Below, piece by piece: positions 1 through 12,531 of a DNA stretch of 56,676 bases. Numbering within the stretch: the stretch's first letter is position 1; each line of letters opens with the position of its first letter. Under the pieces are notes generated by a model. The model was given only the letters and a program-made list of their open reading frames with translations. It searched no databases and had not been told where the DNA came from. A program made the translations under genes and the position numbers. This stretch comes from Patescibacteria group bacterium (GTDB taxonomy: Bacteria > Patescibacteriota > JACMRA01): the NCBI GenBank assembly GCA_038751365.1, contig JBCDGH010000003.1, positions 1 to 56,676 on the forward strand, in the 5' to 3' direction.

Positions 1-67
1 ACAATGTACTTACTTGTATAGACTTATACTTAAATCACACATAACCACATATGTCAAAAGATATAGT

Positions 68-96
68 TTGACCTATTACAATAGTTATGCTATACT
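68..96 (+). promoter_or_regulatory. sigma70-type promoter for ORF 162..464
   Basis: TTGACC (68-73), 17 nt spacer ending TGC, TATACT (91-96), i.e. extended -10. Confidence 0.6.
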
Positions 97-161
97 ACTG
101 TCAGCTTAGAAATTAACACAATTTCTAGCTAGGTTAAAATATATCTGGTTAAGTAGTAATA

Positions 162-464
162 ATGTCATACAATAATAAGTTGAGTACCGCTAAATCTGTA
201 ACTACAACATGGACTGAAGATCTTATTAGTCCGGAAACATTCCCAAGTATTGATGGTATTTTTAGCCTGATTAAATCCGGAGCTTCAATAGGTTCACCGC
301 ATGGAGAGCTTTATTTTTATTCGTTAGGAATTGAAGACGGAACTAGGCAAAAATATATAGTACATGGGAGAATCAAAGAAACATTCACTTATTTTAAAAT
401 TTTCATTGACTACCTTCACATTACTGGAAAGTTTACAACTTACCCCATAATAACTACAAAATGA
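162..464 (+). CDS. hypothetical protein (100 aa)
   Basis: ORF with its own promoter and terminator; no recognised motif. Confidence 0.55.
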   Translation: MSYNNKLSTAKSVTTTWTEDLISPETFPSIDGIFSLIKSGASIGSPHGELYFYSLGIEDGTRQKYIVHGRIKETFTYFKIFIDYLHITGKFTTYPIITTK

Positions 465-534
465 CTAACTAAATAATTTTAAACTACACTAACAAGTCGA
501 ACACCAAAACCCGTTCCTTGTTAGTTTTCTCATC

Positions 535-560
535 AAACTATCTCTAAAGGATAGTTTTTT
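535..560 (+). terminator. intrinsic terminator
   Basis: AAACTATC-loop-GATAGTTT followed by a T run, between convergent genes. Confidence 0.55.
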
Positions 561-619
561 GTTGTCTGGATTTCGATAAATTACTCTTTTTAACTGTTGC
601 AAGCACCAATACCACTCAG

Positions 620-1876
620 TTATAGGCTATCAAAAATATCAAGTAGTCTATTATATTTAGCTACTCGCTCTCCTCTTGCTGGCGCCCCCAACTTAATATA
701 CTCACTTTGAGAAGCAAAAGCCAAGTCACTAATAAAGTCGTCAACCGTTTCTCCACTTCGATGGCTAACTATAGTTATATAGTTATTATCCTTTGCTTTA
801 TTTATCATATCACAAGTTTCAAACACACTACCAATTTGATTGAGCTTAATTAGCACCCCGTTAGCTATACTGTGTTTTAGACCTAGGCTTTCGAATCTAC
901 TTGGACTAGTAACAAATAAGTCATCGCCAATCAAATGTAATTTAGAACCCAATTTTTGTGTAACTATCTCCCAACCTAATATATCATCTTCTGAATAACC
1001 ATCTTCTATGGACAATAAATGATGCTCGTCTAATAGCTCTCGATAAAAATCAGTTAAGCCAGCTTGGGAGTATTGCACTCCATCAACTGTATAAGTTTTG
1101 GTTTCTGAGTTATAGAATTCGTTAGCTGCTGCGTCTATTGCCAAACCAGTATCTAGAGAAGAATAGCCTGCTTGTTCAACACTTTGCTTAATTATTTGTA
1201 GAGCTTGCCTAGAATCTCGGAGTTTTGGAGCAAAACCACCCTCATCTCCTAAACTTATGCTCTGACCTTGAGATTTTAGAATATGCTTAAGGTTTTGATA
1301 AATTTCACTAGCTGCCTGAATGTCCTTATCTATCTGACCAGTATTTGGCACGACCATAAACTCTTGTATAGATAAACCACTATCGGCATGTACACCTCCA
1401 TTGATTACGTTGCACATTAGCTGTGGCATCTTAGAAGTACTTGGAAGTGAACTAAAGTATAGCCGCCTTAAATACTGCCATAACTCTAAACCAAAAAGAT
1501 TTGCAAAGGACCTGTGAACGGCCATAGATACAGCCAAGATTGCATTTGCACCTAAATTGTTTTTGTGCTCAGTTCCATCCAAAACCAAAATAAGCTGATC
1601 TACCTCTGCAGCGTCGCTAAAATCCCTATTTAGTATACGACTCAATATTACTGATTCAATATTATTCACTGCTTTATTAACACCCTTACCACCAAAGGCA
1701 TTTTCTCCATCTCTAAGCTCCAAAGCTTCGTGGGTACCAGTACTTGCTCCACTAGGAACGCTAGCTTTACCGACTACTTTACGACCTTTTTGATCCAAAA
1801 CGATAGTGCATTGAACTGTAGGTAAGCCTCTAGAATCTAAAATCCAGCGAGCATTGACTTCTGAAATAATTGCCAT
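620..1876 (-). CDS. eno: enolase
   Basis: ILDSRGLPTV, ASVPSGASTG, GDEGGFAP, GDDLFVT, SHRSGET, RGERVAKYNRLL. Confidence 0.98.
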   Translation of the reverse strand: MAIISEVNARWILDSRGLPTVQCTIVLDQKGRKVVGKASVPSGASTGTHEALELRDGENAFGGKGVNKAVNNIESVILSRILNRDFSDAAEVDQLILVLDGTEHKNNLGANAILAVSMAVHRSFANLFGLELWQYLRRLYFSSLPSTSKMPQLMCNVINGGVHADSGLSIQEFMVVPNTGQIDKDIQAASEIYQNLKHILKSQGQSISLGDEGGFAPKLRDSRQALQIIKQSVEQAGYSSLDTGLAIDAAANEFYNSETKTYTVDGVQYSQAGLTDFYRELLDEHHLLSIEDGYSEDDILGWEIVTQKLGSKLHLIGDDLFVTSPSRFESLGLKHSIANGVLIKLNQIGSVFETCDMINKAKDNNYITIVSHRSGETVDDFISDLAFASQSEYIKLGAPARGERVAKYNRLLDIFDSL

Positions 1877-1931
1877 ATATAACTTTAGTTGAGGTTAAAC
1901 TAATGTCTATTTGAAGACCTTGTTTTACTGT

Positions 1932-2387
1932 TTAGTCAAGATATTTTTCAGCCCATAACTTAATAATTTCAAAAGGTTGATTAAAACCTTGAGACTGAAT
2001 AAACCTAGCTATTTTTTGCTTTTTCTGAACATCTAAGCTACTCCAAACAGAAACTCTATATTTGGTTGCAACTTTTTGCTTAAAGCTTGGGCTAGGTGAC
2101 AAATCATAAGACTGCAAAACATTTGAAATTACTTTTTCTGAGATTTTTCTAGCAGCAAGTTTATAATTTAACCAAACCTGACCTTTTAAGCCACGATAAC
2201 TTTCTACAATATTCTTAGCCATCCTTAAATCATCCAAGTATTTTATCGACTTTAGATTTTCAACCTCAACATAAATTTCATTGTCATCAAAGCCTTTGTA
2301 CATTGCTTTATCTATCAACTCTCGCTCAGAGTAATCTTTTTGACTAAGTAGATTTAGGAAATACTTTTTTATTCTCGAATGTGACAT
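1932..2387 (-). CDS. recX: RecX family regulator
   Basis: LLSQKDYSERELIDK, YLDDLRMA, KIARFIQSQGF match the RecX three-helix repeat pattern. Confidence 0.8.
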   Translation of the reverse strand: MSHSRIKKYFLNLLSQKDYSERELIDKAMYKGFDDNEIYVEVENLKSIKYLDDLRMAKNIVESYRGLKGQVWLNYKLAARKISEKVISNVLQSYDLSPSPSFKQKVATKYRVSVWSSLDVQKKQKIARFIQSQGFNQPFEIIKLWAEKYLD

Positions 2388-3562
2388 TAAAAACCAATTA
2401 ATTTTTCAAATTCTTCATAAAAAGTACTAGGAGAAAATTTTAGACTACTTTCTCTTATTGCTTGTACATCCCAACCACTTTTATTTTCAAACTTAAGCAT
2501 AGCTTCAACTAAACTACTAACACTCTGTTCCTCAAAAAATACACCATTTAAATCGTCTACCAGGTATTCTAAAGCTCCACCAGCTTTGTAAGCTATTACA
2601 GGAACACCACTTGCAAAAGACTCAATAGGGGCTATACCCGCATCTTCTTTACCTGGAAATAAAAAGGCTTTAGATTTTCTGAATAGCTCAGCACACTCGT
2701 CGTTAGTAGTACGACCTAGAAACTCAACTAGGTTTCTTTTTGAGGGATTTTGCGATTCAAAATCAGCTACTATTCTTTTGAGATCGTTCATTTCTTTTGG
2801 AAAACCAGTTTGACCACTAATTTTTAAACGCCTTCCTAATTGTAAACAAGCTAAAATAGCCAGATCAATCCTTTTATGAAAACTAATACGCCCATGGCAA
2901 AAGTAAAATTCTTCAGCGTTTACTGCAGGTTCGCGTGAAAGGTTTAAAAATCTATCTATTTCAGTAGGGGGATAGATATGTATTGATTCAGTCTTGTAAA
3001 CCTCCTTAATCATACTGCTTACAAACTTAGAGTTACCAACCCAAATCGCTCCAATTTGGTTCAAATAACTAACAGCCCTTAAGTCCATCCACTTTAGCCA
3101 AAAAGTAAACAGAGGGATAACAAGTCTATAAATTTTACTTAGGCTGTTATGATCTATTTCTGTGACTAATCCATGCAAAAATCGGGTAGGTGAGTGGCAG
3201 TAGTGTATGATTCGACTACAATTTTCATACCTAACATTTTTAGCACAATAAGTAGAGCTCATGACAACTACCTGATAGTTTTTAACCACTTTAGCTGACA
3301 TTACTAACGGATACAGCCAAAAAAGATGTTTAAAAAATTTTAACAGTGGCTTATACCTAAACACATGTTGTAGCCAAGTAGTATGCACTCTACCTTCAGC
3401 AAAAGCTTGTGAGAGTACCTCCGAAGATTTAAATTTATCTTCAACAAATATGGATGTGTGGATGTGTGCGTAAGGATATTTCTGTAAAAACTTTTCAACC
3501 ACTTTCTCTGCCCCACCAAACTGAAAGAAATAATCGTGTACTAGAGCAATTTTTTGTTCCAT
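2387..3562 (-). CDS. glycosyltransferase family 4 (GT-B fold)
   Basis: KIALVHDYFFQFGGAEKVV, YCHSPTRF, EDAGIAPIESFASGVPVIAY (EX7E motif). Confidence 0.92.
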   Translation of the reverse strand: MEQKIALVHDYFFQFGGAEKVVEKFLQKYPYAHIHTSIFVEDKFKSSEVLSQAFAEGRVHTTWLQHVFRYKPLLKFFKHLFWLYPLVMSAKVVKNYQVVVMSSTYCAKNVRYENCSRIIHYCHSPTRFLHGLVTEIDHNSLSKIYRLVIPLFTFWLKWMDLRAVSYLNQIGAIWVGNSKFVSSMIKEVYKTESIHIYPPTEIDRFLNLSREPAVNAEEFYFCHGRISFHKRIDLAILACLQLGRRLKISGQTGFPKEMNDLKRIVADFESQNPSKRNLVEFLGRTTNDECAELFRKSKAFLFPGKEDAGIAPIESFASGVPVIAYKAGGALEYLVDDLNGVFFEEQSVSSLVEAMLKFENKSGWDVQAIRESSLKFSPSTFYEEFEKLIGF

Positions 3563-3649
3563 ATTAATCTACTTATTAAGTTAAGCTTATACATTTTATA
3601 AAAGGTGGCAAACAAAAATTACCCTACTGGGCAATATTTAACATACCTG

Positions 3650-3726
3650 TGGCGGGACTGACCGGATTCGAACCGGCGACCTCCGCCGTGACAGGGCGGC
3701 GCTCTAACCATCTGAGCTACAATCCC
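3650..3726 (-). tRNA. tRNA-Asp(GTC)
   Basis: reverse complement GGGATTGTAGCTCAGATGGTTAGAGCGCCGCCCTGTCACGGCGG...GGTTCGAATCC...CCCGCCA folds as a cloverleaf with encoded CCA. Confidence 0.96.
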
Positions 3727-3797
3727 AACTATTTTTTATTTATATTATACGTATTTTACGATTAATATATCTAAATTAAGGTATCTATATTTGTTTA

Positions 3798-3873
3798 TGG
3801 TGGCGGGACCAGGACTCGAACCTGGAACCTCCTGGTTATGAGCCAGGTGAGCTGCCAATTACTCTATCCCGCG
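3798..3873 (-). tRNA. initiator tRNA-fMet(CAT)
   Basis: CGCGGGA...CTCATAA...TCCCGCCACCA; C1xC72 mismatch, A11:U24. Confidence 0.92.
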
Positions 3874-3987
3874 TTAGTGAAGCTGTACTTAGTGTTTATT
3901 GTTTAATTTAAGTTGTTTTGTCAAGACAACAAAACTTGACATTCTAACGATAATAAAGTTATTAGTTCTAATATACTATATTAACCT

Positions 3988-4479
3988 ATGGCAAGAAGAA
4001 AAAGAGTACTAAAGCGACCAACTATATTACCAGACAAAACCTATGGAAGTGTCTTAATATCCAGATTGATTAATCGCTTAATGTGGGATGGTAAAAAGAC
4101 TATCGCCAACAGAATAGCCATAAAAGCGATCACCGAAGCCAGTGAAGAACTACAAATAGCTCCCTTAGAGGTAATTGAGACTGCAGTAAGTAATGTACAG
4201 CCTAGAGTAGAGGTTAAAGCAATGAGGGTCGGAGGTGCTAGTTATCAGGTGCCCATGGAGCCATACCCAGCTAGATCGTTAAGATTAGGTCTAACATGGA
4301 TAGTTAATTCTGCTAGAAACATAAAGGGTAAGCCAATGGATCAAAAGCTTAAGCAGATACTTATAGACTCTTATAAGGGGGAGGGTCCGGCTATCGCTAA
4401 AAGAAATTCAGTACACCAAACTGCAGCTGGAAACAAGGCTTTCGCTCACTTAGCATCTAGAATAGGTAGAAAGAGATAA
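3988..4479 (+). CDS. rpsG: 30S ribosomal protein S7
   Basis: LMWDGKKTIA, PRVEVKAMRVGGASYQVP, NKAFAH. Confidence 0.97.
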   Translation: MARRKRVLKRPTILPDKTYGSVLISRLINRLMWDGKKTIANRIAIKAITEASEELQIAPLEVIETAVSNVQPRVEVKAMRVGGASYQVPMEPYPARSLRLGLTWIVNSARNIKGKPMDQKLKQILIDSYKGEGPAIAKRNSVHQTAAGNKAFAHLASRIGRKR

Positions 4480-4648
4480 TTGGGAACTTAATTTAGTAAT
4501 TTTTAGGCTTTTGACGAACCAATTCACACAAAGGATAGTATAGATTCCCTTCCAAAACCAGCACTTTCCACTACCGAATGTACACTTTTAGACTAGCTCA
4601 TAAGTAAGCAATGACACGAATTTGGTACCCAGATTATATACGTTACAG

Positions 4649-6496
4649 TTAGTTTATAGTTTTGATAACCAAATCTACAATAGCCTGACTATCTATCTCT
4701 TCATATTTCAGAAGCTCTTCTGGAGTGCCACTTCTAGGCATTTTTCGAACTGATAAAGATTGTGTAGGTATCAAAATACCTTCTTCAGCTAAAGCTTCAG
4801 TAACAGCACCAAAAATACCTCCTTGTAAATAATGATCCTCTACTACAATTATTGATTTAGTATCGGCAGAGATTTGTCTAAGCATAGACTTATCCACAGG
4901 TTTTACACAATATAAATCAACTACTCTGATAGTTATTCCTTGATCTTTTAGTTGATCATAGGCTTTCAAAGACTCGTGCAATGTAATACCTGCACCAATT
5001 ACTGTTACTATATCTTTTGTTGACTGCCTTAAAATCTTGCTACCACTAACCACAAATTCCTCATTATTTTCATATATAATCGGTGTTTCAGCCCTAGTAG
5101 TCCTAATATAGACATTTCCAGTTAAATTTGCTGCCTCAGAAACTATCTTCTCAGTCGAAACTGCGTCTGATGGGTAAAAAACCACCATATTAGAAATAGC
5201 GCGCATCATTGCAATATCTTCTAAAGCCATTTGAGAAGAGCCATCTACTCCGATAGAGACGCCTGCATGAGAGCCAACAAATTTTATATTAGAGCCTGAA
5301 TACTGACTCATTCTTATTTGATCATAGGCTCTGCTAAAAAAGGCAGCAAAAGTAGATATAAATGGTATTTTACCTCTTCTAGCTAACCCCAAAGCAGCTC
5401 CTACCATATTTTGCTCAGCTATAAACATCTCAAAAAATCTCATGGGGAATTTATCTCTAAAAATACTGGCAAAAGTAGAGTTACTAGTCTCAGCATCTAG
5501 GGCAACCACTTCCGAGACAGTATCTCCAAGCTTAGCCAAGCTTTGACCATAGGCTTTTCTAGTGGCAATCATATCGCCTAATGAATAATTACTAGTAGGC
5601 AGTTGTTGTACATCTGAAACATGTGTTTTTACCCATCTTATATTGTTTGGGTGGCTTACTTCACCTATTAAATTAGTGTCCACATCACCCAGCTCGGCTA
5701 TAGCCTGCTCGTATTTATCCTGACTTAAGGCTTTTCCATGCCAATTATCTTTATCCTCAAGAAAACTAATCCCACTACCTTTCAGGGTTTTTGCTATTAT
5801 CATTTTAGGCTTGTCTGTAGTTGATTCTAAAATTGAAACTAGTACATTTCCAATTGCTTCAAAATTATGACCATCAACAACATATGATTCCCAATCAAAA
5901 GACTCACATTTAAGCTTATAGTTATCAAGATTCCAGCCGTCAATAGTTTGACCACGTTGACCCAGTCTATTCACATCGATAATTCCAATTAAATTATTTA
6001 GTTTGTAGTGACTAGCTATATGCATAGATTCCCAAACCGACCCTTCAGCAACCTCACTATCCCCTAAAAGTACATAAGTATTGTAATCTAAACTTTCATG
6101 CTTGGCATTCAGAGCCATACCCAATCCGATAGCAAGTCCTTGTCCTAAAGAGCCAGTTGCAGCTTCTGTAAACGGGAATTCCATAGTAGGGTGACCCTCT
6201 AGCTGACTCCCAAATTTTCTAAGAGTCACTAGCTCTTCTTGACTAAGCATTCCAGCTGCTGAGTAAAGAGAATAAAGTAAAGGCGCAGCGTGACCCTTAC
6301 TAAAAATAAGTCGGTCATTATTTTCATAATTTGGATCATCAAGTTGAGTCCTAAAATACCCTCCAAACATTAAAACAGTCATTATATCTGCTGCTGATAA
6401 AGACGAAGTAGGATGACCAGAACCAGCTACTGTTGTGGATTTCAAAATATTGTAACGAATTAGCTTGGCTATTTCTTTAAGGTTGTTTTCAGGCAT
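4649..6496 (-). CDS. tkt: transketolase
   Basis: GSGHPTSSLS, FSKGHAAP, TGSLGQG, GDSEVAEGSVWE (ThDP motif), FIAEQNMVG. Confidence 0.96.
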   Translation of the reverse strand: MPENNLKEIAKLIRYNILKSTTVAGSGHPTSSLSAADIMTVLMFGGYFRTQLDDPNYENNDRLIFSKGHAAPLLYSLYSAAGMLSQEELVTLRKFGSQLEGHPTMEFPFTEAATGSLGQGLAIGLGMALNAKHESLDYNTYVLLGDSEVAEGSVWESMHIASHYKLNNLIGIIDVNRLGQRGQTIDGWNLDNYKLKCESFDWESYVVDGHNFEAIGNVLVSILESTTDKPKMIIAKTLKGSGISFLEDKDNWHGKALSQDKYEQAIAELGDVDTNLIGEVSHPNNIRWVKTHVSDVQQLPTSNYSLGDMIATRKAYGQSLAKLGDTVSEVVALDAETSNSTFASIFRDKFPMRFFEMFIAEQNMVGAALGLARRGKIPFISTFAAFFSRAYDQIRMSQYSGSNIKFVGSHAGVSIGVDGSSQMALEDIAMMRAISNMVVFYPSDAVSTEKIVSEAANLTGNVYIRTTRAETPIIYENNEEFVVSGSKILRQSTKDIVTVIGAGITLHESLKAYDQLKDQGITIRVVDLYCVKPVDKSMLRQISADTKSIIVVEDHYLQGGIFGAVTEALAEEGILIPTQSLSVRKMPRSGTPEELLKYEEIDSQAIVDLVIKTIN

Positions 6497-6692
6497 TATT
6501 ATGAGTTTTAGTTTCTAAATTATAATTAGTCATTTATACAATACGGCATTTCGTCAAATTGATTCTATAAAATAGTTACTTTGTAGAAATCCTTTACTTC
6601 AAAAACTACGAAAGTTTCTCAAATTAGCTATGGCTAGACTCCAGCTATGAAAATGAGGTGAAAATGTTTCTATATAGTCGAAAATAAATTTT

Positions 6693-6721
6693 TTGCTTTA
6701 GATGAATAATTATGCTATAAT
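6693..6721 (+). promoter_or_regulatory. sigma70 promoter of the GNAT-like gene
   Basis: TTGCTT-N17-TATAAT with TG extension; implies the true start is ATG 6766 rather than 6724. Confidence 0.6.
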
Positions 6722-6765
6722 TAATGCATTACTATTCTTATTTCATCATAAGGACAAGACTTATT

Positions 6766-7854
6766 ATGTACAATACACACGAAAATATCCATAATCGTAA
6801 AAGATTAGAAAAAAATGAAAACTTTATAGCTGATGTCAGATCTGAAAATGAGATAAGTAGTGTTGAAGGAGGGCTAAACACGCACTTTAAAAGATACAAA
6901 TTTGCTGGTGAAGATTTCACACTATCCTTATTCGAAAGAGCTGATAAAAAGTTTTTCGAATTGAATAATGATTTTAAGGGTGAACAGAGAATTTGTATCA
7001 GAGGTTTTGTACCTTTAGATTCATCACTAAATATTAATGATGTACTAAACACTGCACTTTTTAGAGGATACAAGATAGATTATTTTTTCAGGTCACCGTA
7101 TATAGATGACAAAAATGTTCATCGTGATGGTTTTGTACTTCTTGTATCTAAGAATGGACCTAAAAGATCAAAACTCTCGGAAAAAGATTCAAAAAGGGAA
7201 GTGACTGCTGATAAGCTAAAAAGAGTTAGAAGAGAAGCGGAAATAAATTATTCTCTACCTGATGGTATGACTTGTGTTGGGCTAAATACTGAAAGTAAGC
7301 TAACTTTTCCACAAATAAAGCAGCTTACCAAACAATGGAAGGAAACATTTAATCCTGGTTACAATTTTAAAAAAGTTCTTGATATAGTAAATGATGAAAA
7401 TGTACCCAAAGCATTTATTTTAAACAAAGAAGGGGAACTAATTGCTGGTGCAATGGCTGAAATTGATAGCTATGGAAACTTTGAGATAACTGAACTATTC
7501 TCTAAAAGCAAGGAGTTTAGTATAATACCTAAGTATTTAATACACAGTTTAACAAATTATATTAAAACCAATTATCCTAGAAATCGAATATACATGGAAG
7601 CAAACACTTCTTCGTCAATGCCTTTGATAGGTGCAAAACTAGGTTTTACAGATCCAGTAAGCGTAACAGGAAATTATGAAGAAAACATAATTGATAATCA
7701 GTTTAGCAGTATTGAGAACGGAAAAATTGAGTCTAATGTGATAATAAAGAATAAAGATGAAGAATTATTCAAAAATTTTCTTTTTCTACAGCAAGAAATA
7801 AATTCTAAAACATTTGCACCTTCAAAAATTAACAAAACACCAGATACTACTTAG
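6766..7854 (+). CDS. GNAT-fold protein resembling beta-lysine N-acetyltransferase (AblB/YodP) in its C-terminal half
   Basis: AFILNKEGELIAGAMAEIDSYGNFEITE...IYMEANTSSSMPLIGAKLGF...GKIESNVII resembles the AblB/YodP pattern (ASAE..N.ElTD, AR..S.gMn..f..LGy, G.l.NN..I). Confidence 0.5.
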   Translation: MYNTHENIHNRKRLEKNENFIADVRSENEISSVEGGLNTHFKRYKFAGEDFTLSLFERADKKFFELNNDFKGEQRICIRGFVPLDSSLNINDVLNTALFRGYKIDYFFRSPYIDDKNVHRDGFVLLVSKNGPKRSKLSEKDSKREVTADKLKRVRREAEINYSLPDGMTCVGLNTESKLTFPQIKQLTKQWKETFNPGYNFKKVLDIVNDENVPKAFILNKEGELIAGAMAEIDSYGNFEITELFSKSKEFSIIPKYLIHSLTNYIKTNYPRNRIYMEANTSSSMPLIGAKLGFTDPVSVTGNYEENIIDNQFSSIENGKIESNVIIKNKDEELFKNFLFLQQEINSKTFAPSKINKTPDTT

Positions 7855-9085
7855 AAGATATACGGCAGCTCATTAAGGCTTGCGCATTATCTTTTGAACT
7901 AACTACATAGTCTACGTCTAAGCCTATAGAGTTAAGATTACTTATCATATCTTTCAACATATGGTGGTTATGCCTCCAAAGAATAATTCTCTCTTTTTTG
8001 TTGATTGTAATGACTTTATGAATTTTCTCGCTCAAAAACTCTATCTCTGTCTCATGAATAGGTTTTATTGAAATGATTCGAGATTTTGATATGTCATCAT
8101 ATATATACTCCGGCTCGTACATATCGCTACTTAAACCAAGCAACTCTGGTATCCAAGTACCTTGGTTTGGAATCTTAGCTTCTTCAGATTTACTTTCCTG
8201 AGTCCAAAAATCAAAATACGTTTTTGAATTCATTGACATTAGACTCTGCATTAGAATTAATTTGTCATTTTTACCTAAAGACTCCTTTATATTAAGTAAA
8301 GTTTTATCGAACTCTCTCTGGTTTTCTAAGGTTGTTTCAAGAAACAAAACAACATTTTTTATAGTTTTTTCAGTATCTAAACTATTGGTTAAATAAAAAA
8401 GTGTTTCATGTAACGATTGCTTATTTATGTCAACTAACTGAGTAGAAAAATCAACACTTTTACCAAACCAAAGTTTGAAGTTATCCTCTAATAAGCTTAA
8501 CATTTTTTGACTGATATCTACCCCAATATAATTACTTAATCTGTCATTTGATGTTAAATACTCAATAAAACTTTTCAATGTTCTACCATCACCAGTCCCT
8601 ATATCAATTAGGTTAATTTTTTCACTCTGGTTAAGTCTACCTATTAGAAATGGAATACTAGTGCTTAATAATTCAATGGTATTAGTTACTGTATTAACTA
8701 AATTTTCATTAATTGAACGATCTACATATTTAGACCAAATGCAGGCACCATTGTCAAAGTACGTATACTTGTGCGGTATTTCCTTATATGTCTCCAAGCT
8801 AGAAATAATTTCAGATACTTGACTGTCGTTAAAAATTTTAAAGAAAGAATCACTAACTCTAAGCTTTTTTAAATGGGTAGTCGGTCTATATTTTTCTCCA
8901 ATCTCTTTTAATCTATGGAGTTCGGCATCATTGTGTTGATTGTCAATAATCCTGACCTTATTCCCATTATTTATAGTTAATAGATTATTCTTGTTTTCTT
9001 TAGTGGCTTTAATCCACATAGTTACAGTCGAACTAGAAACATTATATTTTTTTGCTACTTCTGACAAATTTTTATAGGTCCTCAT
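7847..9085 (-). CDS. N-terminal HTH fused to an EgtD-like (histidine N-alpha-methyltransferase family) SAM-dependent methyltransferase
   Basis: LSEVAKKYNVSSSTVTMWI (HTH); EIPHKYTYFDNGA; LIDIGTGDG (SAM motif I); YIGVDISQKML; VLFLETTLEN. Confidence 0.75.
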   Translation of the reverse strand: MRTYKNLSEVAKKYNVSSSTVTMWIKATKENKNNLLTINNGNKVRIIDNQHNDAELHRLKEIGEKYRPTTHLKKLRVSDSFFKIFNDSQVSEIISSLETYKEIPHKYTYFDNGACIWSKYVDRSINENLVNTVTNTIELLSTSIPFLIGRLNQSEKINLIDIGTGDGRTLKSFIEYLTSNDRLSNYIGVDISQKMLSLLEDNFKLWFGKSVDFSTQLVDINKQSLHETLFYLTNSLDTEKTIKNVVLFLETTLENQREFDKTLLNIKESLGKNDKLILMQSLMSMNSKTYFDFWTQESKSEEAKIPNQGTWIPELLGLSSDMYEPEYIYDDISKSRIISIKPIHETEIEFLSEKIHKVITINKKERIILWRHNHHMLKDMISNLNSIGLDVDYVVSSKDNAQALMSCRISSK

Positions 9086-9162
9086 ACTCTACTATTTATA
9101 AAAGCTTGATTAGTTCAAAGTATGAAGTTTTAAGTACATATTGTCAAAATAGTTAATAGACC

Positions 9163-9224
9163 TTACAGCTGAATTCAAAGTATAATTTGTTTAATTCTTA
9201 AATTTCAAAAATTTAATAAAAATT

Positions 9225-9228
<4 letters not shown>
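9163..9228. repeat. 3' arm of the pre-23S processing stem (inverted repeat with 12297..12389)
   Basis: TTACAGCTGAATTCAAAGTATAAT pairs with ATTATATTTGAATCCAGCTGTAA (12367-12389); AATTTCAAAAATTTAATAAAAATTAAAA pairs with TTTTAATTTTTAGTAAATTTTTGTAAATT. Confidence 0.8.
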
Positions 9229-12296
<3,068 letters not shown>

Positions 12297-12300
<4 letters not shown>

Positions 12301-12389
12301 ATTTTTAGTAAATTTTTGTAAATTATGAACTTACACAACACCCTTTATATTTTAAATGTGTCGTGCATTATATTTGAATCCAGCTGTAA
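12297..12389. repeat. 5' arm of the pre-23S processing stem
   Basis: complementary to 9163..9228. Confidence 0.8.
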
Positions 12390-12531
12390 ATCTACTACTT
12401 TCTTCTAATATCTGTAGCATTTCAAATAAATACATAGTTAGGCTCTCTTGTCAAGAGGTAGTGATGATATTGAGTATTTACTAACAGACTTATTCTGCTA
12501 AATTCTTTATGCGTAATTTGACTAGCATAAT

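Noticed and set aside
4480-4648. Possible ncRNA between rpsG and tkt
   Set aside because: No recognisable family or convincing stem found by eye; cannot be excluded without Infernal.
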